In this document: one piece after another, positions 9,408 through 18,571 of the stretch
Position numbering within the stretch: position 1 is the stretch's first letter
Layout: every line of letters starts with the position of its first letter
NCBI GenBank assembly: GCA_958295745.1
Contig: OY282370.1
Coordinates: forward strand, 1,162,311-1,226,310
Direction of reading: 5' to 3'
DNA: 64,000 nucleotides
Source of the DNA: an uncultured Acidimicrobiia bacterium
GTDB taxonomy: Bacteria > Actinomycetota > Acidimicrobiia > Spongiisociales > Spongiisociaceae
Notes under the pieces: generated by a model
The model's database searches: none
Seen by the model: the letters and a program-made list of their open reading frames with translations, nothing else
What the model was told of the DNA's origin: nothing
Translations under genes and position numbers: made by a program

Positions 9408-10955
9408 TTATGACGGCCCGCGGCCGCCTTCGATCAGGGCCGCGGCGTGCTCGGCCAGCGCAACGGTGGGAAGATGGGTGTTGGCCCTCGGCGCCTGCGA
9501 CATGATGGAGGCGTCCACCACCCGCAGCCCCTCGATCCCCAGAACCCGGCACTGCGGATCCACCACTGTCTCCGCCTGATCGGCAGGCCCCATCCGGCAG
9601 CTGCCGGAGGCGTGCTGAGCGTCGAGGCACGAGCGCATCAGCCAGTCGTCGAGGTCGGCGTCCTCGATCCCCGGATCGACGTCGAGCCGCTCGGGGCCGA
9701 GCCATACCGCCGAGGCGATCCCCCGGATCGGACCGGACCCGGCCAGCTCCATCAGACGCCTCGCCCCGGCCCGCAGGCGCGCCAGGTCATCAGGATGGGA
9801 CAGCATCCGGAAGTCCACCCGGGGTTGGGCGTCCGGATCGGGGCCGGTGATGGCGACCTCGCCCCGGGATGCGCTCTCGAACACGCACATCTCCAGCAGT
9901 CCGGTCTCGAAGCCCTCGCCGCCGTAACCGCTCAGGTTCATGGAAAGGAGCAGCATGTCGTTGGGCACATCCCCCGCCGCCCCCGAGCCGTACCGGACGC
10001 AGCAGTTGGTGTGGCGGTCGTCGGGCGACCGGGCCCTGGCGTGTTCCCGCAGGCCGAGCATCAACCAGACGGCCGGGTGCTCCTGCAGCCCCCGGCCCGC
10101 CGGCAGGTCGGCCGCCACCTCGATGCCGAGGGGCGACAGCAGCTCGGCGGGGCCGACGCCCGAGCGCTGCAGGATGGCGGGGCTGTGGATTGCCCCCGCG
10201 CACAGGATCACCTCCCCTCCCCCGATATCTCTGGCCTCCCCGTCCAACCGGACCGATACTCCTGCGGCCCGGCCGCCGGACAGCAGCACCCGGTCCACCC
10301 TGGCCCCTCCGCGAACGGTGAGGTTGGGGCGGCGGCGGGCCGGCTCGATATAGGCGTCGTTGGTGGTTACCCGGCGGCCGCCCCGGCTGTTGACGGCGTA
10401 GGGCGACACGCCGGTGGACCCCGGAGCGTTGTGGTCGTCGTGCCAGGGGTGGCCCGCCGCCAAGGCCGCGTCCCGAAGCGCCGAGTCGACCGCCCCCCAT
10501 TCCTCCTGGGGTGTTCGGTGCACCGGGATGGGGCCGGAGTCCCCGTGATAAGGGGCTTCCCCGAAGTCGAGGTCGGTCTCCATGCGGAGGACGGCGGGCC
10601 AGATGTCGGCGCTCGACCATCCCGGCGCCACCCAGCGGTCGTAGTCCTCCGGCATGGCCTGGATGGCTATCTGGCCGTTGATGGCGGAGCTGCCCCCCAC
10701 CCCCCGGCCCCTCCAGTAGAGGGACGGTTCCTGCACCTGGGTCCGCCGGACCAGCAAGCCGGGCCAGTGATAGTCCGGGTCGGAGATGATCCGAGAGGGG
10801 TTGGGGCTGCGGATATGCCAAGGCGTGTCGGCGGAGCGATAGTCGAGCCCCGCTTCTAGAAGCAGAACCCGGCGGGCCGGGTCCTCGCTCAGCCGGGCCG
10901 CTACCACGGCGCCCGCCGATCCGGCCCCCACCACGATCGTGTCGTATCCGCCCAT
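9408..10955 (-). CDS. GMC-family FAD oxidoreductase (choline/alcohol dehydrogenase-like)
   Basis: VGAGSAGAV, GRGVGGSSAIN, HASGSCRMG, LRVVDASIM, NTH. Confidence 0.93.
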   Translation of the reverse strand: MGGYDTIVVGAGSAGAVVAARLSEDPARRVLLLEAGLDYRSADTPWHIRSPNPSRIISDPDYHWPGLLVRRTQVQEPSLYWRGRGVGGSSAINGQIAIQAMPEDYDRWVAPGWSSADIWPAVLRMETDLDFGEAPYHGDSGPIPVHRTPQEEWGAVDSALRDAALAAGHPWHDDHNAPGSTGVSPYAVNSRGGRRVTTNDAYIEPARRRPNLTVRGGARVDRVLLSGGRAAGVSVRLDGEARDIGGGEVILCAGAIHSPAILQRSGVGPAELLSPLGIEVAADLPAGRGLQEHPAVWLMLGLREHARARSPDDRHTNCCVRYGSGAAGDVPNDMLLLSMNLSGYGGEGFETGLLEMCVFESASRGEVAITGPDPDAQPRVDFRMLSHPDDLARLRAGARRLMELAGSGPIRGIASAVWLGPERLDVDPGIEDADLDDWLMRSCLDAQHASGSCRMGPADQAETVVDPQCRVLGIEGLRVVDASIMSQAPRANTHLPTVALAEHAAALIEGGRGPS

Positions 10956-11188
10956 GCCCCCAAAACTCTATCGTCATTATCGATGGATATTCCGCCGCAC
11001 TGAGCCGTTCCGACCGAATTACATCGTTGTAGCTGTTGTTTTGTTCTTTAAAATCGGCCTGGCCTCAACAATTTCAATCCTCTCTTAGACGCAACTCCGG
11101 CTTGGACGGGGGGCGGTCGAGGCGGCACAGACGACTCCGCCACTCCAGACGGTTCACACAGACCCTCTGGCAAAGTAGAGGCTTCATC

Positions 11189-11211
11189 AAAATTAGTGAT
11201 ACCATAATTTT
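11189..11211. promoter_or_regulatory. Inverted repeat AAAATTA-N9-TAATTTT overlapping the -10 box (CATAAT, 11203-11208) of the leaderless fic gene
   Basis: Seen directly in the sequence; the ATG lies 7 nt after the hexamer with no SD. Confidence 0.55.
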
Positions 11212-11215
11212 GACT

Positions 11216-12235
11216 ATGAACGAACAAATAGACCCTTCACCGAGAACAGGACGCCCCGCCTACCGCGAGGTCTACCAGAGGCTCGCCGTCCAGATCAGGG
11301 AGCTCCAGGACCACTTGGGCGGCCTCCCCAGCCCGGAGGAGGCGGCCGACATCTGGAACGACATCTGTATCCAGGAGGCCCACCACTCCACGGCCATCGA
11401 GGGCAACACCCTGGTACTGCAGGAGGTGGAGCAGCTGCTCGAAAGGGGTCTGGCGGTGGGCAACCGGGAGCTGCGCGAATACCTGGAGGTCAAGGGGTAC
11501 GCCGATGCGGCGCGCTGGGTGTACGAACAATCGGCCGGCCCTTCGGAATGGTCGAACGCCGACCGCCTCCTGACCCTGGCCGACGTGCGCATGGTCCACC
11601 ACAAGGCGATGAGGCCGGTGTGGGAGGCGGCGCCCCACCCGTTCGCTGCGGAACGCGAGGCGCCGGGCGCCTTCCGCGAGCACGAGATACGACCATTCCA
11701 GGGCGGGATGACCCCCGTCACCTGGCCGCTCATCCCTGCGGAGACGGCGGCTTGGGTGACCGACGCCGACTCGCTCGACCCGGACAGCCCGAACTTCCTC
11801 GAACAGCTGGCCGCCCTGCATTGCCGCTTCGAGCAGATACACCCCTTCATCGATGGCAACGGGCGGGCCGGACGGCTGGTGCTCAACCTGATTCTCGTCC
11901 GGCTCGGCTACCCGCCCGCCGTCATCTACAAGCGGGACCGGGACCGGTACCTGCGGGCGCTCCGGCGGGCCGACGCCGGCGACCCGGGCATGCTGGGCGA
12001 TCTGCTGGCCCGAGCGGTACTGGACAACCTGCACCGCTACGTGATCCCGGCCGTAGCGGGCCCGGCCCGGATGGTCCCGCTCTCCGCCCTCGCCTCCCCG
12101 GACCTGAAGATCCCCGCCCTGCGGGCCGCCGCCGCCCGCGGCCGCCTGAAGGCGACCCGGGGCCCCGACGGGCAGTGGCGCAGCTCCCGGCAATGGGTCG
12201 AGGAGTACCGCACCGGCCGGTGGCGCCGCAGCTGA
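11216..12235 (+). CDS. Fic/DOC family protein with a C-terminal HTH-like tail
   Basis: HPFIDGNGRAGR catalytic motif; internal STAIEGN inhibitory-helix motif; C-terminal PLSALA...RGRLKA...GQWRSS resembles an excisionase/HTH_17 fold. Confidence 0.92.
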   Translation: MNEQIDPSPRTGRPAYREVYQRLAVQIRELQDHLGGLPSPEEAADIWNDICIQEAHHSTAIEGNTLVLQEVEQLLERGLAVGNRELREYLEVKGYADAARWVYEQSAGPSEWSNADRLLTLADVRMVHHKAMRPVWEAAPHPFAAEREAPGAFREHEIRPFQGGMTPVTWPLIPAETAAWVTDADSLDPDSPNFLEQLAALHCRFEQIHPFIDGNGRAGRLVLNLILVRLGYPPAVIYKRDRDRYLRALRRADAGDPGMLGDLLARAVLDNLHRYVIPAVAGPARMVPLSALASPDLKIPALRAAAARGRLKATRGPDGQWRSSRQWVEEYRTGRWRRS

Positions 12236-12357
12236 GCCCCGCCGACTGCTCCGGCGGCGATGATCCGCACCGACGACTAGGCTGCCCCTCCACCGGAGGC
12301 ACGCGGCCTTCAGACCATCAGCCGCCGGTACCGCGGCCCCCGGAGGGGCAGCGGGCG

Positions 12358-12576
12358 GAAAACTAAAGCAAAACCCCCCCACACCCCACAACTTTACTTT
12401 TACGAAGAAGAAAACTAAAGCAAAACCCCCCCACACCCCACAACTTTACTTTTACGAAGAAGAAAACTAAAGCAAAACCCCCCCACACCCCACAACTTTA
12501 CTTTTACGAAGAAGAAAACTAAAGCAAAACCCCCCCACACCCCACAACTTTACTTTTACGAACAGGAAAACTAAAG
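12358..12576. repeat. 52-bp direct tandem repeat, 4 copies plus an 11-bp partial copy; AT-rich and strongly strand-asymmetric
   Basis: Unit gaaaactaaagcaaaacccccccacaccccacaactttacttttacgaagaa starts at 12358, 12410, 12462 and 12514, with the partial at 12566. Confidence 0.97.
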
Positions 12577-12577
12577 T
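12549..12577 (+). promoter_or_regulatory. Putative sigma70/SigA promoter TTTACT-N17-TAAAGT for a leaderless transcript of 12585-14336
   Basis: -35 at 12549-12554, -10 at 12572-12577, ATG 7 nt downstream. Confidence 0.6.
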
Positions 12578-12584
12578 TTCTCTC

Positions 12585-14336
12585 ATGGAGGCACCCCCCT
12601 TCAAGTTTTTCGACCCGCCCTCTCCTGATGCCGAAGCAAGGCGCGTGATCACCGCCTTGGCTGCCGGAGATTACGACCCGGAGCTGCTCGAGTCGGCTTC
12701 CGTCGACCTCAAGGAGGAGGCCGGACGGCGCTCGAACGGCGTAGTCCTTCCCGGTTCACCCCAGAACAACCGCGTCGCCCGCCCACTCGCCGAGGCGGCG
12801 GCCTGCATGGCCAACACCGAAGGCGGCGGTGTTCTGATCGTGGGAGTCGACGGACGAACCGGCGCGATCATCGGCGCCGACACCGACACCGACTGGCTGC
12901 GGACCCGCATCTACCAGCTGACCGACCGGCGGCTCACGGTCAACATTCGCGTCGCCGAGGTCAGAGGCAAACGGTTGCTGGTCATCTCCGTCCCCCAAGC
13001 CGTGGAACCGGTGCCCTTCCACGGCAAATATCGGCGCCGGCAAGGAAAAAACTGTGTGGAGGTCACGAGCACGGAGCTCCTCCAAGGGATATTCGCCGGA
13101 ATGGCAGCCGATCCCTCCTATCAACGCTCGACGGCGACCGTCGGCGCTATCTCCCCGGGAACCGAGACGGCCCTCAGGGGTCGGCTCACCCCGATCGACC
13201 CCGGCAAGGCCGCCCTCCCCCTGAGGGACTTGATCCTGCGCCTCGGGCTTGTCTTCGAGGACACCGAATACCTCAACGAAGCAGGCCGGATTTTGCTCTC
13301 CGCCGACAGCGGGCCCTCCCTCGACTACACCTATCGTGAGGTGCCCGGCGGCCCGTCGAGCGTCCGTATATACGAGTCCGGCCTCTCCCTGCTAGAAGAG
13401 ATCGTCCTCGTCGATGCGACGGCCCTTCGCAACAATCCCTTAACAGAGATAACCAACGGCTTCGAGGTGCGGCGTGTGCACGCCATCCCGCAACGGTCGT
13501 TGCGTGAAGCCATCCTCAACGGGGTTTGCCACCGTGAGTGGACCGACCCGGCGCCGACCGTCGTGGAGCACATCGGCTATGAGCTCCGTGTCACGTCCCC
13601 CGGCGGCCTCATGCGGGGCATCACGACCGACAACATCATCACCCATCCCTCCGTTCCCAGGTATCGCACCCTCATGAACGCCGTTCGCCAACTGGGTCTG
13701 GTCGAGCAGCAAGGGGTGGGGGTGGACATGATGTTCGCCGACCTGATCAGGATAGGGAGCACACCTCCCCTCATCGAGGTCACCGATGATCCGTCCGTTC
13801 GGGTCATCCTCTCCGGGCGGCGGCCCGACGAGGACCGATACCACTTCTTTCTCGATCTGCGGCCGCGAGGGGCCTTCAACGACGTCGACGCCGCCCTCGT
13901 CGTATGGCGCGCCTCCAACCCTGATACGCCTTTTCTGACCGCAGACTCGTGCGCCCCTCTCCTGCAACGAAGCCCAGAGGACGCTGAAACGGCCCTCCGC
14001 CGCCTCGCCGAATACAAACTGGGCGGGGTTCATGGTCTGCTGACTCCCATGACCACGCCGGACGGCGCCCCGCCCGCATGGGTGCTGAGCCAGGCCGCTC
14101 GCGAAGCCCTCCGGATCAGGCCGTCCCGCGAATCGTCCATCCATGCCTTGGCCTGGCTGCGGGAACGCGGCAGGATCTCCTCGACGGAATACTGTGAGAT
14201 AACGGGCTTCTCCCATGCCACCGCCATCGCCCACCTCAAGGCCTTGGCCGAAGCCGGGCACATGGAACCCAGCTCGCCGAGCGGACGGGGGCGCGGTTTC
14301 CACTACCTCCTGCCCGACAACCTCCGGGACCCATGA
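12585..14336 (+). CDS. AlbA_2/Schlafen-like N-terminal domain + HATPase_c_4-like (RecG-C-type) domain + C-terminal winged HTH
   Basis: SVDLKE...ACMANTEGGGVLIVGVD (AlbA_2); LREAILNGVCHREW...VTSPGG...P.YRTLMNAVRQLGLVEQQGVGVDMM (HATPase_c_4-like); GRISSTEYCEITG...RGRGFHY (wHTH). Confidence 0.85.
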   Translation: MEAPPFKFFDPPSPDAEARRVITALAAGDYDPELLESASVDLKEEAGRRSNGVVLPGSPQNNRVARPLAEAAACMANTEGGGVLIVGVDGRTGAIIGADTDTDWLRTRIYQLTDRRLTVNIRVAEVRGKRLLVISVPQAVEPVPFHGKYRRRQGKNCVEVTSTELLQGIFAGMAADPSYQRSTATVGAISPGTETALRGRLTPIDPGKAALPLRDLILRLGLVFEDTEYLNEAGRILLSADSGPSLDYTYREVPGGPSSVRIYESGLSLLEEIVLVDATALRNNPLTEITNGFEVRRVHAIPQRSLREAILNGVCHREWTDPAPTVVEHIGYELRVTSPGGLMRGITTDNIITHPSVPRYRTLMNAVRQLGLVEQQGVGVDMMFADLIRIGSTPPLIEVTDDPSVRVILSGRRPDEDRYHFFLDLRPRGAFNDVDAALVVWRASNPDTPFLTADSCAPLLQRSPEDAETALRRLAEYKLGGVHGLLTPMTTPDGAPPAWVLSQAAREALRIRPSRESSIHALAWLRERGRISSTEYCEITGFSHATAIAHLKALAEAGHMEPSSPSGRGRGFHYLLPDNLRDP

Positions 14337-14384
14337 TGCGGGAGCATCCAGGCCCGCGGCGGCGTCGCTCCTGGCCGCAGGCCG

Positions 14385-16115
14385 TTATTCCGGCGGCCGG
14401 GCCCGGGCCGCATGAGCAAGGATGGAGTCGAGCACCAAGACGACGTCCTCGTGGACGTCCGAGGGTTCCAGGAAACGGACCAGCAGGTGGTAGTCCGCCT
14501 TCCGCATCAGCAGGGGCAACCCCACTTCGTCGAAGAAGGCGCCTAAGACCGGGCGGAGCAGCCGGTCGCTGATGTTGGTATCCAACCAATAGGGGTGTTC
14601 CAGGTCGCGCCGGGCTGCTCGCGGCGTGTGATCTTCGATGGTCTTGTCCATGGCCGCAAGCCAACGGTCCGCCTCCGGCTGCTCGAACAACGGGCCGGCC
14701 GCCGCCTTCCTCCCCTCCTGCCGGGCGTACTCACGCAGCGTCTTGGTGGGAAGCAGGTAGTTCTCGAGTCGGCGGCGCGGCCACATGTGCTCGACCAAGG
14801 CCCCGCCGGGTTCCGGCTCGGTTTCGAGACGGCCGAACAGCGCGTAGCCGACCAGGCCGGGATCAGCCTCCCTCAAGCCGTCGAAATGCCGGCGGGCCTC
14901 ACCGGGCCTGCCGCCCACATATTTGACGAACGGGCGCTCCAACACCTCACCCGCACCGTGGCCGAGCACCTCTGCGAAGGACCTCAACAAAGCCAGTTCC
15001 GCAGCACCCTCCAGGTACAGGACGAATCCGGTCAGTGCGGCCTGGTAGTAGTCCTCGAAACCGATGTACCGAAGGGCCTTCAACACCTCTGACGTGCGGT
15101 CTATCCGATGGGGAGACCCCACGAAGGCCACCACCGAACCCCGCCCGGCAGCCTCCCTGAGGATCACTTCGGAGTGGGAAGCGATGATCACCTGGGTTCC
15201 GTCGGCGGCGGCCGCCCGGCTCAACAGATCGTAAGTCTGGCGTTGCCGCAGAATCTCGAGGTGGGCCTCCGGTTCGTCGAGCAGCAGTACGCCGCCGGGG
15301 TGGAGGTGGATGAAAGCCAGCAACAGCAGCGTCTGCTGCATACCTCGACCGGCCGCCGTGATATCCAGGCGGGAACCTTCTCGATCGACATAGGTGAGCT
15401 CGATCTCGCCTCGCTCGGGGATCCGTCTGGGGCGGTCCGGCTTCGCGCCGAAGAGATCCGCCAGCTGGCTCGACAGCGTATCCCAGCGGCCTTCTCCGTC
15501 CGGCCTCTCGGCCGCGCGCAAACAGAGGTTGCGCAGCACCTCGGATGCGCGGCCCTCCCCCAGCCGAACGTTCACGGCGCCGGGTTCGATCCTCGTCTCG
15601 TTGGCGGCCAGACCGGATACGGGGCCGGTCAGCACTATTCGGGGGCGAAGCTCCTGCGGAAGCACCGGCATGCGCTCTTTTCCATCGGGATCCATCCGCA
15701 GCGGACGGCAGTAGAAGCTCTCCTCGTTGATATAGTCGAATTCCAGCCCGCACCTCCAAGACTCGTGTCCGGTCACCCCCTCCACGATCACGTCTATGCG
15801 GATGTTCTCGGTGCGTTGCCCGGCTTCATCGCGATAGGTCTTGCGAACCTGGAGGCCCCTCCACATCTGGCGTGCCGAAAGGCCGGGCACACCGGCCAGA
15901 TCCCTCCTGTTGATCACCACCCCGGGGCGATGCAGAGGCGCCTGGTCCCCCCGCTTCTCCGTCCAGCGCCGCAGCCCCAGGTCCCAGAGGGTGAGAGCCT
16001 GCAAAGCAGATGTCTTACCGGAGTCGTTAGGGCCGACCAACACCACCGGGTTGCCGAGCTCGATCTCTACCTCGGCCAGCCTCTTGAAGTTGCGGATGGT
16101 GAGCTTGGTGAACAT
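14385..16115 (-). CDS. OLD-family-like ABC/SMC-type ATPase with a degenerate TOPRIM-like C-terminus
   Basis: Walker A GPNDSGKTS, signature AAGRGMQQ, Walker B LLLDEPEAHL, H-loop IASHS; C-terminal LYLEGAAE...FGRLE. Confidence 0.8.
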   Translation of the reverse strand: MFTKLTIRNFKRLAEVEIELGNPVVLVGPNDSGKTSALQALTLWDLGLRRWTEKRGDQAPLHRPGVVINRRDLAGVPGLSARQMWRGLQVRKTYRDEAGQRTENIRIDVIVEGVTGHESWRCGLEFDYINEESFYCRPLRMDPDGKERMPVLPQELRPRIVLTGPVSGLAANETRIEPGAVNVRLGEGRASEVLRNLCLRAAERPDGEGRWDTLSSQLADLFGAKPDRPRRIPERGEIELTYVDREGSRLDITAAGRGMQQTLLLLAFIHLHPGGVLLLDEPEAHLEILRQRQTYDLLSRAAAADGTQVIIASHSEVILREAAGRGSVVAFVGSPHRIDRTSEVLKALRYIGFEDYYQAALTGFVLYLEGAAELALLRSFAEVLGHGAGEVLERPFVKYVGGRPGEARRHFDGLREADPGLVGYALFGRLETEPEPGGALVEHMWPRRRLENYLLPTKTLREYARQEGRKAAAGPLFEQPEADRWLAAMDKTIEDHTPRAARRDLEHPYWLDTNISDRLLRPVLGAFFDEVGLPLLMRKADYHLLVRFLEPSDVHEDVVLVLDSILAHAARARPPE

Positions 16116-16148
16116 TACCGCGACCCTACGCCTCAGGGGGCGGGTCCC

Positions 16149-18365
16149 TCAAGAGTCGTCCGACGGTAAATCTTCGAGCAGGGCGATCCGGCTGATGCCG
16201 CCGGTGGCGCCGGTGTAGAAATCGACCCGCACGCCGACCACCGGAGTCCTGGGCGGGTTTTCCTTTCCTGTATTGGCCAGGTCTTTCTCGAAGCCGATTA
16301 TCGTGACCGGCCCGTCCAGACCGGTCAGGTGGTCGTTGCCGTCATAGGCGATCAGCAGCACCTTATCCACTGAATCATCCGCATCCGCCGAGTCATCCGC
16401 CCCTTCGATCACCAACCGGTTGTTGATGATGTCCTTGTGCAGCAACTGTCCGGTAACCGGTATGTCGCCGTCGCCGGGCGCCTCCACCCAATAGTGGACC
16501 AACTCTTCCGCGGTCTTCCCGCCTCCGGTCGCCGTAATGGTTTCGACGCCGCTGTCCCCCGAGTCGCGGGCGTAGACCAGGTGAGCCTCCCCGCGGCGGT
16601 TGGTGGTGCGCGTCAACCGGGCGTCGCCTTCGTCATCGGCGCCGATCCCGTCCTGGTCGTCGGAAGTAAACGATATCTTCGTGCTGCGTATCGGGTTGCC
16701 GTACTGATCGGTGAGGACGGCGGTGATCCTGTTCACCGCGCCTTGACCGCTGTCCGTTGCTTCATGGTATGAAACCGCCTGGAACAGCTTCAATGTCGAA
16801 GGCGCACCGCCGCCGGTGTCCCGCCACACGACCGCCGGCTCGGTGTGGGATTCGGAAACACCCACCTGCCCCAAGGTGGTCATGTCCTCCAGATCCACCC
16901 CGGACGGTAGCGACGTAACCCTCAATATCACCTCGGCGGTGTCTCCCCAGTTGTCGCTGCCGGGGTTCGGGTCCGTATGCCGGAACGACAGCACTATCCG
17001 CCCCGCCGCGTCCGTCTCGTACGACTTCACCTCGTAATTGGTGAGATCTCTAGAAGACGCGGGGCTCGGCAGGACCGTATCCACGGTGGAGATCGTCACC
17101 TGTACGTCCTCCTCCGCCGCCGGCTCCCCGCGCGTGTCCACCAGCTGCAAAGTGAAGGTGACCCGGTCGCCGAACCGTGCAAACCTGGCGCCGGAGGCCA
17201 TGTCATCGGTCACCCGCAACCTCGCCGCCTCTCTCGAGACGGCGGCCCGCACGAATCCGGCCGATCCGTCGTCGGCGTCGTATTCGTCGCCTATGTCGCC
17301 TGACCAGGCCCATATCGTCCTGCTCTCCTCGGGGGAATAGGTTATCTGCACATCGCCGGACGAATCGGTCGTCACGTCGTTGCGGTCGATCACGCAAACC
17401 TCGGATCCTCCGTTTACCTGCTCCACCACGTCCCTCGCGCAGGCCCCGCCGGAGCGGAACGCAGACCTCGCCGTCCGGGCGGAGAAAACATCCACCGGCG
17501 CTCTCGGCACCGGAAGGTGCTCCCGGTCGCGCACCGACACCGACAGCTTCACCGAACCGCCCGCGACAACCGACGCTTTGGCGGCCTGGATGGTCACCCC
17601 CGCCGGGCGGGCCGCCGTATGCGCCAGCGCCCGGGTGATGAACGCCGCCATCTCCGCTCTGGTCACCATGCCCTCCGGGGAAAATCGGCTATCCGACCTC
17701 CCCTTGGTCACCCCCATCTCGAACATGCGGTAGATGGCCCTATATACGTCCCGCCTCACCCCATCCAAATCCGTAAACACCTGGTCGTCATCGTCGTCCA
17801 AATACACATCGGAAACATCGACGCCGCCGGGTCCCACCTGCGATTCCTCCAGGAACCCTTCCAAGATCAGCGCCATCTCCGCCCGTGACACCGGCCTATC
17901 GGGCTCGAACAACCCGCCGCCGGAGCCGAACATCACCCTCAGCTCCACCATCTGTCGGATGGCGTCCTGCGCCTCCTCGAACAGGCCGCCGATATCATCG
18001 AAACTCGCATCCGCCCTCCGCGGCAGCACGATCCCCGCCGGGCCGGCCGCCCGGGTCAGGAACACGGCCATCTCCCAGCGCCGTACCGAAGAATCCGGGT
18101 CATAAGCCGTAGCCGTCCGGCCCTTCGTGATCCCGTAATGGAACAGACAGTTCACCGCGTCCTCGGCGAACGACCTCCGTATATCCCTAAAACCCGCCGA
18201 CTCGATCGCCGGGCCGACGCACGCCGAATATACGGGCAACCACCCCGGTTCCCTGTCCGCCCCCCCGGCCGGCGCCGCCCCGACCGCCGACAACGAGCAC
18301 ACCAAACCCAGCGCAACCAGCCACCCCCGCCTTCTAACCCGTACCATCGACCACTCCCGATTCAC
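16149..18365 (-). CDS. Secreted S-layer homology (SLH) protein with Ig-like (Big-type) beta domains
   Basis: Signal peptide; three SLH-like repeats (GITKGR...RWEMAVFL; GLFEPDRPVSRAEMALIL; FSPEGMVTRAEMAAFI); Ig-like LTDQYGNPI motif. Start may be 18347. Confidence 0.85.
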   Translation of the reverse strand: MNREWSMVRVRRRGWLVALGLVCSLSAVGAAPAGGADREPGWLPVYSACVGPAIESAGFRDIRRSFAEDAVNCLFHYGITKGRTATAYDPDSSVRRWEMAVFLTRAAGPAGIVLPRRADASFDDIGGLFEEAQDAIRQMVELRVMFGSGGGLFEPDRPVSRAEMALILEGFLEESQVGPGGVDVSDVYLDDDDDQVFTDLDGVRRDVYRAIYRMFEMGVTKGRSDSRFSPEGMVTRAEMAAFITRALAHTAARPAGVTIQAAKASVVAGGSVKLSVSVRDREHLPVPRAPVDVFSARTARSAFRSGGACARDVVEQVNGGSEVCVIDRNDVTTDSSGDVQITYSPEESRTIWAWSGDIGDEYDADDGSAGFVRAAVSREAARLRVTDDMASGARFARFGDRVTFTLQLVDTRGEPAAEEDVQVTISTVDTVLPSPASSRDLTNYEVKSYETDAAGRIVLSFRHTDPNPGSDNWGDTAEVILRVTSLPSGVDLEDMTTLGQVGVSESHTEPAVVWRDTGGGAPSTLKLFQAVSYHEATDSGQGAVNRITAVLTDQYGNPIRSTKISFTSDDQDGIGADDEGDARLTRTTNRRGEAHLVYARDSGDSGVETITATGGGKTAEELVHYWVEAPGDGDIPVTGQLLHKDIINNRLVIEGADDSADADDSVDKVLLIAYDGNDHLTGLDGPVTIIGFEKDLANTGKENPPRTPVVGVRVDFYTGATGGISRIALLEDLPSDDS

Positions 18366-18571
18366 TCAACAAGATATGGGGAGGTCGCTGTGTAATCACC
18401 GGCGGCCTGCCGGTCGATGACGGAATGCCTAGGTCGGCGAAACGACGTAACCAAGAACAATCGTCATTACTCAGCACCCTCCTCGAAGGATGCCCTCCTC
18501 AACCCCAATCCTACCCCTCCTACCTGAGCATGGGCAATGGTCATTCCGCCCGCCGGTACACTGGCGCCGGT

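Noticed and set aside
12358-12576. CRISPR array
   Set aside because: The units abut with no unique spacers, and no cas genes are present.
11237-12652. Minus-strand ORFs 11237-12436 and 12467-12652
   Set aside because: They start inside the tandem repeat and are antisense shadows of fic, with no recognisable motifs.
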